Under the pieces are notes generated by a model. It did no database searches. It was given only the letters and a program-made list of their open reading frames with translations, and was not told the DNA's origin. From contig CM052833.1 in the NCBI GenBank assembly GCA_028534125.1, positions 19,034,001 through 19,098,000 of the forward strand: a DNA stretch of 64,000 nt. Reading direction: 5' to 3'. Source of the stretch: Lama glama (lineage: Eukaryota). This document shows, one piece after another, positions 1-9,142 of the stretch (positions are counted from its first letter, which is position 1; each line of letters starts with the position of its first letter). The translations under genes were made by a program, and so were the position numbers.

Positions 1-191
1 ACAGAGTGAGCATCTCTCTCAATAAATCTACTTTTGCTCAACTGTGGCTCGCTCCTGAATTCTTTCCTGCATGAAGCCAAGGGCCCACACTTGGCAGGGC
101 GCGTCCAATGCACTCGTCTGGGACCCAGGATGCTGCCATCCTCTCTCGCGGCCCTCCTCTTACGACGTTGCCCCATTTTTTTCCTGTATCA
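1..191 (+). mobile_element. 3' part (R/U5) of an ERV1-type LTR, cut by the window edge
   Basis: AATAAA at 21-26, then LTR-like 'ctcgctcctgaattctttcctgcatgaagccaag', ending in 'ttcctgtatca' (CA terminus). Family resemblance recalled, not searched. Confidence 0.55.
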
Positions 192-2316
192 CTTTGGAAG
201 TCACTGATCGGCAGTCTGGGGAAGGATGTGTGTTAGGGTAGGGGGCATGACAGGAAAACTCAGGGAATAGCAAGTAAATGCCACTTGGCTCCCCCCAGGA
301 TTCACCACCACCCCCTCCTTAAAAATCAAAGGCCATGAGCGCCCCCCCCTGCCCCCCGCCACCCTTTGGTGTGAATTCACCACTTTTCTAAATGGCTTTT
401 CCATAAAAGAAGAGAACATTCACAGACAAGGGGCTTCCTCACTGGCTGAGCTGGGGTCCGACAGCCGCAGTCATGAACTCCGCCCTGCGATTATGCACCT
501 GTTCACAAATGCAGGTTTTCACCTGCAAATCAGCCTTCCACTCTGGGCAGCTTCCACTGGAAGACCTTCACATGCAGTGGCTTCCCTCTGGGAGCCCTCC
601 CAGTGTTTGGGGACGCGTCTGAGTCGTAGCACTTCGCGTCCTGTAGGGAAAGCATCCGTCCTGACACACCTGAAGGGCAGCTGAGGACAGGAGCCCCTGA
701 GACAGGCTCTGGGAGGGGCGTCCTACCTGAGGCCCCCCGAATGATGCTCAAGGTGAGACTCTTAGGACGGGAGGTGGGCCAGAGGCTACAGAGGACGCAG
801 ATACGGGAGGCGCTCCAGGAGGCTTGCAGAGGGCGGGGGCTGCACAGACACTGAGCGTGGGTCCAAATGGAGCCAATAAATACAGAAAACCCTCCCCAGG
901 GAGAGAACTTTCCAGGATGCGTCTAGGAGCCTTCTTAGGGTTGACAGCCAAGGGGAAGAAGACACTCACTCCCGGAGGGCCTGGACCAGCGTCTGCAGAG
1001 TCCACCCCGAGCCCGAGTCCCGTAAGTCAGCCTGTTCTGCAGAGGGATCATGTAGCAAGCAACCGCCGAAGCGCGGACCAACTAAACCTGCCCTACAGTG
1101 AGGAGGGGCAAACGCGTCTTCTGAGCCATCGTCAAAAGTGCAAAACGTAACCCCGGAGCTGAAAACACCCCCAGAAGCTGAGAAACGAGGGAACCCCCTC
1201 ACGGCTGGTGAAGCCGTGCTGCCGGTGTCAGGCGGTGCGAGGACTCACTTCCAGGGCGGCTTCTTAGCCAAGAGGACCCGACGGGACGGTGCCCCGGCTC
1301 CTGACCCCGCCTGCACGGGGAAGGCACCATCCGCCTTAAGTGCCTGATGAGAGCGGGGCAGGACCCCATTGCTAGACGTGTGGAGGTCAAAGCAGCCATG
1401 CATGTGCCCCGTCTGGGACCACCTGCTCTCAGGAATTCTGCCGGGACAACGCACAGAACCTCAGTCACCAGGTCTGGGCCAGGCCTTCCCCCTCACCTAC
1501 AACCTGTTCTCCCAAAGGCTGAACCGCACGAGCCTCGTAACCAGCATCACTTACACCTTCTATGCCAACGAGACCACCTCAGAGAGGGAAGAGTGGCCCT
1601 GACTGTAAACGCTGTCACCCAGTGTGACTCAGCCCCACGAGGCCAGCCCAGGACAAAGGGCGACTCCTCTCTGCTGCCGTCCACCCATCACAGCCAAGCC
1701 TCAGCATGTGGATGGATGTCACCGGCAACCACCCACCCGTGTGACTCTCCCCTTGCGAATAAAACAGGAGAGGAGTAACGACTCTGTCCCTGCACACGGG
1801 ACCTCCTCTGCTGGGGCTCAAACAGATCAAACGCACCCATTTGACCTGCCTGTCCCGTTTTCTTTTCCCAGGCTGCAAACCCCCCAAAATCCCAAAAGCT
1901 AAGACCAAAACAGCAGCTGGAAGCCCCTCCCCACGGAGGGACAAGGACTGGGAAGGGCGAGCCCAGCCTGGGCAGCTCTGCAAACCTTTGATCCTTGGAT
2001 TCCCAGTTTCCCAACATGAAAACCTGAAGGACAAGTTCAAACTGCCCTCCACGCCCACTGCGCTGAGTCAGAGAACCTCTTCTGAGACGGGGAGGTGAGG
2101 CTCTGGCCAGTCAGCCCAGGTGGGACACCAAACCAGACCAAGAGAGCAGGATGCCGCAGAGACACGCAGAGGCTGGGGTGTAACCAAGCTGTGCCCGTGC
2201 CGCCCTCTGCGTGGGCCAGCGTCTCCCTCGATAAGGATGCCCAGTAGACAGACCAGAGCCAATGGAGCCCTGGCCCTTCCTGCCGGCTTCCATGTTCTTA
2301 ATTCCATAAAGAAACA

Positions 2317-2479
2317 GGGAGGAGGGCACAGCTCAGGGATAGAGCACGGGCTTAGCACACATGAGGTCCTGGTTCAGTCCCCAGCTCCTCCTCTAAAAAT
2401 AAAACCTATCTCTTCTTCGCCTTTTGGCTAAGATCAGTGTAAAAATAAAACCTAATTACCTACCCCCATCAAAAAAAAA
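2317..2479 (+). mobile_element. Camelid-type tRNA-derived SINE, interrupted by a U2 fragment
   Basis: tRNA-like head with A box ('cagctcagggatagagc') and B box ('ggttcagtcc'), then 'aaaaataaaacctaattacc...ccccc' and an A tail. Same family as the copies at 13267 and 37911. Confidence 0.85.
2408..2440 (+). pseudogene. 3'-truncated U2 snRNA retropseudogene (U2 nt ~1-34)
   Basis: atctcttcttcgccttttggctaagatcagtgt matches the U2 5' end ATCGCTTCTCGGCCTTTTGGCTAAGATCAAGTGT with 3 substitutions and a 1-nt deletion. Flanked by a 13-bp direct repeat aaaaataaaacct (2395-2407 and 2441-2453). Confidence 0.9.
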
Positions 2480-2669
2480 GGTAAATTTTGTTATGTAAGC
2501 TTCAGCACAATTTTTTTAAAAGGAACACAAACACACACACACAGAAGACCCTGTAAGTTAACAATGTCCTATGACAAAGGCTTCCTTTTACGATTTAAAT
2601 TTACTACTTTTATATTTTAAAAAAAAGTCCCACTGGATTTAGGGGACTGTCACTGAGTCACTTTCTCAC

Positions 2670-2733
2670 CTTTTCAGGAGTGCAACCAGTTGACAAGGCC
2701 GGCTTGTGCTCCCCAAAACCAGAGCGCCTTCGC
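2670..2733 (-). other. Candidate 64-nt non-coding (5'UTR) exon of the minus-strand gene
   Basis: Minus strand shows a strong acceptor ttttctgttttatttcag| and donor aag|gtgaga, ~0.8 kb downstream of the CpG-island donor at 3497. Confidence 0.4.
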
Positions 2734-3329
2734 CTGAAATAAAACAGAAAACGTGTTTTGCGGCTGAATAATCTTTCATTCAGATAACTATCACCAAGCG
2801 GAAAACACGTCACCTCCTAGAGGGCACCCAGAGGAGCCTGAGCCCCGGCTAACGGAAGAGGCAGAGAACCACACAGCTGAGAATGTGACCCACACGCTGT
2901 CCCTGGTCCCTAACTGCCGCTTTTAATTACAGCATAAATATTTACATCTAAAACACACAAACAACGTTGTTCTGTGCTCCCAGGCACACCAGGCTAGTAG
3001 CTGCAGCCCACAACTAGCAGCAGAATATTCCCTCCATTGGCTGGTTTTTACCTTCAAAGCCATCACTGAATATCTAACCCCCCCCAAAAAAACAGCATTA
3101 AAAATGTTTAACATTTGTCCATTACGTTCAGGTTCACATGTACTGTTACCACAATATCATCTGTAGCTGTCTGCATGTTCAACTCTCCATCTTAAATGAT
3201 ATTTTTAAAGACGGTTTTTTTAAATCTACATCAGTAAACTAGGAAGGGAGGCCCCTACTATTTAACACACAGGCCTTAGGTGATCATGGTTTTCCAGCAT
3301 GTGAGTAATTCCTGGCATTCTAGTTGTTC

Positions 3330-4060
3330 CGTCGGTGAACCTGCGCCCCGAAAGGGCAGGGGGAGCAGCTCGCGGGGCTGGGAACAGCGACCAGCAGCAG
3401 CACAAACGCCGCAGGGGGACGCGGGACTCTGGCCCGGCGGGCAGACCCGGGGGCCCGGAGGCCCCAGCCCGGCGTCGGCCTCGCGGCCCGGACTCACCGG
3501 CGGGTCCGCCCGCGCGCTCTTGGGTCCTCGACCTTCCCGCGGCCCGGGACCCGGCGGGCGGCGGGCGGCAGGCGGCGAGCGCGAGGGGCGGCGAGCCCGG
3601 GGCAGCGAGGGGAGGGGCGGGACCCTGGGCCGGCGGGTCGTACCGGGAAGGCGCGCCGGGCTGGGGGCGCGGGAGAGCGGCGCGGCGCACGCGGTGAACG
3701 GGACGCGCGGCCCTGGGCCGGCTCCCGGGACTCTTTCTGGGAGCGCGCGGGGCGGAGGGCCCGCAAGCGCGGGGAGGGGCGGGGCGGAGGGCGCGCAGGC
3801 GCGGGGAGGGGCGGGGCGCTGGGGTCGTACCCGGCGGGGGTCGTACCCGGCTGCGGGCGCGGGGCGGGGCGCCGCGCTGGGGGTGGTACCGGGTTAGGGA
3901 AGCGGCGCTGGGCCGGCTCCGGGGCTTTTCCGGGGCGCGCAGACCCGGGCGCGCGCGGGGGCGGCCGTGCGCCCTGCTCCCCTCAGTCCCCGCCGCACCC
4001 GCTGCGGGGGCGCGGGCACCGGGAGGCTTCCACCTTCGCCCGCAGGGCCTGGCTCAGTGC
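3330..4060 (-). promoter_or_regulatory. MPPE1: CpG island promoter and non-coding first exon, probably MPPE1
   Basis: Dense CpG with many GGGGCGG boxes and a minus-strand donor ccg|gtgagtc at 3498/3497. Identity inferred from the conserved mammalian order MPPE1(-), IMPA2(+), CIDEA(+). No MPPE1 coding exon recognised in the window. Confidence 0.55.
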
Positions 4061-4479
4061 CTTCAGTAAACTTGTGTGGAACCAATGAGACAGGCGACGA
4101 CAGTGACTGTTTATTTGGGCTTTTCTTTTTATAGTTATTTTTAACAGCAGTAGAGCAGGGCATATTCTACTGTTCAAAAAGCGTCGCATCATTACTTCAA
4201 AAAAAATCCTCAGAATAACCTAAGAGCAAGAATCACTGTTAAAAAAAAAAAACTGAAGCTCAGAGCAGTAATTCAGTGTCTACCTACCAACCACTTCCGG
4301 TGTGTTTTTGCAACTCTGTGAGCATACTGCCACGTGACATGAGAAATCGCAGAAAAAAGCAATCGGCGAAATGCCTGGTCGACGTAAGGAAGCAGTAAGT
4401 GGTAATTACTATTATCAAGGATATTGTAATGTTTTCGAATACGCCCAGAGGAACAATTTTACCCACCCAGACTGGCACA

Positions 4480-5070
4480 ACCGGCCTGTCTTGTGAACAG
4501 TGATATGATGCAACAGGAGGTATACGGCATCATTGCCAAACTGTTACCGCCAACTGAAAAGAGGAGGGGAAAGATGAAATCTGGTTAAGCCTAGAACAAG
4601 ATTAAAGAAATACGGGGACCAAACGAACGTGCTATGTTACACCAGCAGGAAGCCACCCGCAGAATCCACTGTGTGGGGAAGTCCGTTTCTTTACTCCACA
4701 AATAAGCAACATCACAACAAAAGGCAGATCTGCTGTTGCAAAGCTGCGTCAGCCAAATGCAGCTCGTGGTCTGGGTTGGGCCACAATCAGAACAAAATAG
4801 CTTTTTTAAAAAAAACCTTCTTTTAAAAGACTGGGAAACAGACATTGAAGGGATGTTAGGTGATACTAAAGAATTATTGATAATTTTGCTATGAACATGC
4901 TATTAAGTGATTGTATTTTTTAAGACTAGAGAAACATACTAAAGTCATTATAGGTAAATTATATGATTTCTGGAATTTTCTTTAATACTCCAGAGAAAAT
5001 TTAAAGTAGGGAAATAGGAGAAAAAGCAATATCCGCAAAACGTTGCTACTGTTGACGCAGGAGGTGGGTG
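4480..5070 (+). mobile_element. Old L1M-type LINE 3' fragment
   Basis: AT-rich degraded sequence with L1MC-like motifs ('gatactaaagaattattgataatttt', 'atatgatttctggaattttctttaatactccag'). Confidence 0.45.
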
Positions 5071-5084
5071 TACGACCCAGCGGT

Positions 5085-5260
5085 TGGCTGATTAATGGCC
5101 CCAAAGATGTCCACACCCTCATTACCGGACCAATGGGCAGGTTCCCTTACTGGGCAAAAGGGACCTTGCAGATGTGATGGAGGTTCAGGACCTCGAGACG
5201 CAGACACTATCCCGGACTATCCCAGCGGGCCCAGTCCAATCACTTGTCCTTACAAGTCGG
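5085..5260 (+). mobile_element. MaLR LTR fragment (MLT1-like)
   Basis: 'aatggccccaaagatgtccac...ggcaaaagggaccttgcagatgtgat...ggactatcccagcgggcccagtccaatcac' follows the MLT1 5' pattern. Confidence 0.65.
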
Positions 5261-5314
5261 GGACCCTTCCCGACGGTATGAGAGTCAGAGGCCCAAAGAA
5301 CCTCAAAAGGAAGG

Positions 5315-5628
5315 TGTCCCAGTCGGCTCCGGCCACCGTCATCATACAAAACACTGCAGACCGGGTGGCTTGTAAAGGACAGCGGTTGTGCTCGTGTCGC
5401 GGGAGAGCCTCTCCCCAAGGCAGCTTCTCACTGTGTCCGCAGATGCACGCAGGGCAGGGGCCAGGGAGCTCTGTGGGGTCTCCTTTATAGGGACACTAAT
5501 CCCATTCATGAAGGCTCCCTCTCACGACCTGAGCACCTTCCAAAGGCCCCGTCCCCAAACACCATCACACCTGGCGTTAGGATTTAACATACACATTGGG
5601 GGGGGGGCACAAACACTAAGACATAGCA
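5315..5628 (-). mobile_element. MaLR LTR (MLT1A/MST-like)
   Basis: 'tcctttatagggacactaatcccattcatgaaggctcc...ccaaaggcccc...aacaccatcaca...ggatttaacat...agacatagca' is typical of an antisense MLT1A. Confidence 0.7.
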
Positions 5629-5659
5629 GAGGGTCAGAGAGATGCAAGCTGACAAGGAC

Positions 5660-6260
5660 TTGACAGTCAGTAAACGACATCGCACTGAAATTGGCCAGCA
5701 GAGTCGAGAATGGCCTGCAGAGGGAGCGCTCACGCGCTGTCACTCACCGTCATTTGCACGCACTGACCTTTATCTCCATGCCCCACGGGAAGAAGCTACC
5801 GTCCTCCCCCAAACAGGAAATGCACTATTTTACTCTTCTTGCGGAAGAATTTCTTCTCGTTCAGTTACAGCCCAGCCAATGAGAAACATTGACGTTCAGC
5901 CAATGAGAAGCCAGTACCAGCCTGCCCTCCTTCTTTCCTCCAATGAACTTTCAGTTAAGCCAGCCCCACCCCAGCCCTTTTCCCTATAAAAGTAGGCTCC
6001 GCGGCGGTGTTTTCTGCGTTTGCCTGTGGGTTGCCTGTTCTGTCGTGTGTCTTTCTTGTTTCTCCCAGTGCCTCGTGCAGTGTTGTGACACTGGTAACAT
6101 CGCTCGGAATCAGCCCTGGTGGGAGTATGCCTATCTGCTTCTCTAGGTTTTCACTTTTTTCCCCCAGGAATCCCCTGTATGCACATGTAATAAACCTTTC
6201 TCCTGTTATCTGTCTTTCATGGCTTTAATTCACAGGCCCCAAGGATTAACCTCAGAGAGT
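5660..6260 (+). mobile_element. ERV 5' LTR (boundaries approximate, possibly composite)
   Basis: CCAAT boxes at 5876, 5900 and 5940, TATAAA at 5985-5990, AATAAA at 6189-6194, followed directly by a PBS-like sequence. Confidence 0.6.
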
Positions 6261-7053
6261 TTTGGCGATCACAAAAGGGCTGCTGGGACACCCCAATCAT
6301 TTTGGAAGTTGTAGCTGAGAACTCAGGGCATCTGACAAACCTGGTAGTAAGTACAAGTTCAGCCTCTCAGATTTCTGCTTGGGGTCCAGTGGGATGAGGG
6401 CAGTAAGCCTCTCTTACTTGCCTGCATTTAGATTAGTGGAGGAGTGAGTTCAGGGGTATCACCCGTGGGTGGCTTTGGTTTTGATGACTCATTGGTAATT
6501 GACCCTCTGCTTATTGGTTATTGATCCTTTGCTTTCCTGTGTGTCTTGTTTGGGGCCTGAAAACTTGGCTTCACTTTCTGCCTGCTGGGGGGCCCAGGGA
6601 GCCAGGGCTGTATCTGCAGGCAGCCAGCCAGCTTGCTGAGGGGCCCCAGCAGTTTGTAGTCAGTGGACAGAAATGTGGGTTGCACCCGTTGCAAATGACA
6701 TGCTACTGACGGCGGCCCACTCTCAGGGACCTCGTCTCAGTCCTGCTTTCTCTTGGCTGTCTTTGGGAGTGACTCTGGATCATGTGGGCTGCATCTCTTG
6801 TACCCTCTCTGGAGATGCCTCTTGCATCCCTGGTTAAGCCCACTGATCGTGGTTTCAAGTCATGTTGAAAGAGGAGGGAAAAAAAGGTGGGCGAGTCAAT
6901 ACCTTCAGGGAAATTTACTGCTGGTCCCAGACAAACCTGATAAGGAGATGCTTGGCAGGATTTTTAAAAAGAGCTGTCTGGTCAGAAGTTGGCACAATCG
7001 GAGGCCAATGTTTAGGCCCTGATAGGAGCTATTTGTAAGGCCTTCTCACCTAT

Positions 7054-7518
7054 TGTTACGGAAACGACAGGCCAGTCAAGAAACAAGCACCACTCGGAGG
7101 GTTGGAGCACTCAGATGTATTACGCCGGCGGGCTCAGAGGGGCTTCTGCTCCGAAGCTCTGAGCACCTTCAAGATGTGCACATGAGGTTTTATAGGGTAA
7201 AGTACAAGCTTGGGGTATTCGGCCAATAGGCATGGAACAGCTTTAGCAGCGTTAGCATCACAAAAGTGGGGGCGGGGCGGCAGCAAACCAACATTCCAAA
7301 GCCAGATATGTATCTTTGAAAATCCAGCTGGCTAGCAAAAACACATAAACAGCAAACCAACACTAATTAACCTAGATTTACAAGTTAGTCTAACAGAACT
7401 CAGATCAGTATTCCAATACTTAGATTTGTGAGTTATCTTGTTAGACCAGCCCAGCCTCTCCTTCACATTCCTAGACTTGTGAGTTATCTTGTTAGACCAG
7501 CCCAGCTTTTCCTTCACA
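7054..7518 (-). mobile_element. Solo LTR (ERV1/gammaretrovirus-like), 465 bp, with 4-bp target-site duplication
   Basis: TG...CA termini; 'ctat' on both sides (7050-7053, 7519-7522); minus-strand TATAAAA at 7188-7194; CCAAT at 7223-7227; 51-bp-period duplication in U3 (7421-7467 / 7472-7518). Confidence 0.85.
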
Positions 7519-8799
7519 CTATGAATAATGGGCTAAAATGGAACTAAGTGCCCAGAAGGACAGAAACATCCTCAAGCCTTTGTGGAAAGACTTATAAAAT
7601 CATTCCAAAGGCACACAGCTCTAAATCCAGAATTTAGGACTCTTTTCCATCTTAGTTGGAAATCTTCCTGGTGTAAAGAAGCCAAGTCAAGAGACTCTAG
7701 CTGAATACGTGGGTCAGCCCCTTGGCGTTACCCTTGAGGTGGCCCGATTCCTTGAGGAATTAAAAGCAACAGAACCTGTCTTACTAATTGAGTCTTTACC
7801 AAAACAGAAAATGAGGCTCTAGAAGTAATTTAAAGTCCATCCTTCCATCTTACCAGTTCTCAAATCTCCTGTGTTCATCTCAAGTCACTTGCAGATATTG
7901 CAGAGGGTCAGGACATTGGAAATGGAATTGTCGTGCACATAAGAAAAAGAAGGGGGAAACTAAGTTAGTAATTACCCTAAACCTCTGCTAACAGGAACTG
8001 TCCTCTCAGGAATGTGAGAGCCATCTCTTTGACGTGCAGACTTCCGAGCACATAAGTAACTCTTGGCTCCCAGGTGGAAGGACATCTGACTCTAACTTCT
8101 TGAAAATAAACTGGATATTTTATTAATTCATATGAGCGTTTAAAATACCCAGACAGCCAGTTGATATTTCCATAAAGTCTCTCACCCCAAATTTAGTCCA
8201 CAGCGTCCATAAGATTACATATCAGAGCAAGTGAAAATCTTAAAAGTCTCCTCCACAAATATTGGTAGAAAATTTAGCCCTCACCGGGCAGGTGAACTAA
8301 ACCCATCCCATCTGCACAGAAACACAGTGTATCCAGCTGTTTTACATAAACTAGTGAGTTTTGAATGACTATGTTTTCCTGACTCATGGCTAAAATTTTA
8401 GGATGAGAACCGTAAGTCTTCTGTTTGTGTCTGTATCTGTCTGTGTACATTTCACACGTAAATGTATTTTCAACCTCCCCATAGTATTGCCAACATTAAT
8501 TCATAAAGCCCCATAAAAGAGATCTATTTTAATTAGCTTAGAAACACCAGCACTTATACAAATGAGGTATTCCTAAAAACTCAAAAAAACACGAACTCAT
8601 CCAAAGTAGTTTTTCAGTTCACGGGATCTGGATCATCTTTGGTAAATGAGGCTCATTTAACATTGTCAGCTTGATAAAGACGGGATGGCTTCAGAACCGT
8701 CAGCATTTAGTATAATACAGACGGACAGGTTTTACTCTCCCTGGGTTTACTAGTCAGGTAGGCTAGTCTTATATCTACCAGCTGTTTAATATTGTTGAG

Positions 8800-9142
8800 T
8801 TAATTGACAGGAGGTCATCAGACTGAAGCGGCTCCAAGGCCCTTGGCCCCTGACCGAGGTGGAGGAAATGCAAGCCTGGAAAAGCCTCAGGGCTACGAAA
8901 CTGAAGACTGAGGACAACCAGTCAAAACAGGCGTTAGGCTTCAGCCAGTCAGTAATGTCCTCACTTTGCCTTCCTCCCCAGCCTCCCCCCACACACGCCC
9001 ACAGCCCACCCCTTCACCCCCTAACCCCCTCATCCCCGCTTCCTGTGGAGGTGGGGAGCTCTTGTAACCACTTCTGACCCATTCAGATAGACTTTTCTCA
9101 AATAAACTCATAAATTTTGTGATATGCCCCAGTTATCTTTCA
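8800..9142 (+). mobile_element. LTR fragment (MER34/MER39-like) nested in the ERV interior
   Basis: 3' end 'ctcaaataaactcataaattttgtgatatgccccagttatctttca' resembles ERV1 LTR R/U5 ends; GC-richer than its flanks. Confidence 0.45.

Noticed and set aside
2317-2395. Possible tRNA gene (also at 13267 and 38000-38076)
   Set aside because: Diverged A/B boxes, SINE-specific tails and, for one copy, a TSD indicate SINEs, not functional tRNAs.
2408-2440. Functional U2 snRNA gene
   Set aside because: Only ~33 of ~190 nt are present, with no Sm site or snRNA promoter, and it is flanked by a TSD.
3262-4192. ORFs up to 205 aa in the first CpG island
   Set aside because: Low-complexity GC artefacts with no resemblance to the MPPE1 protein.
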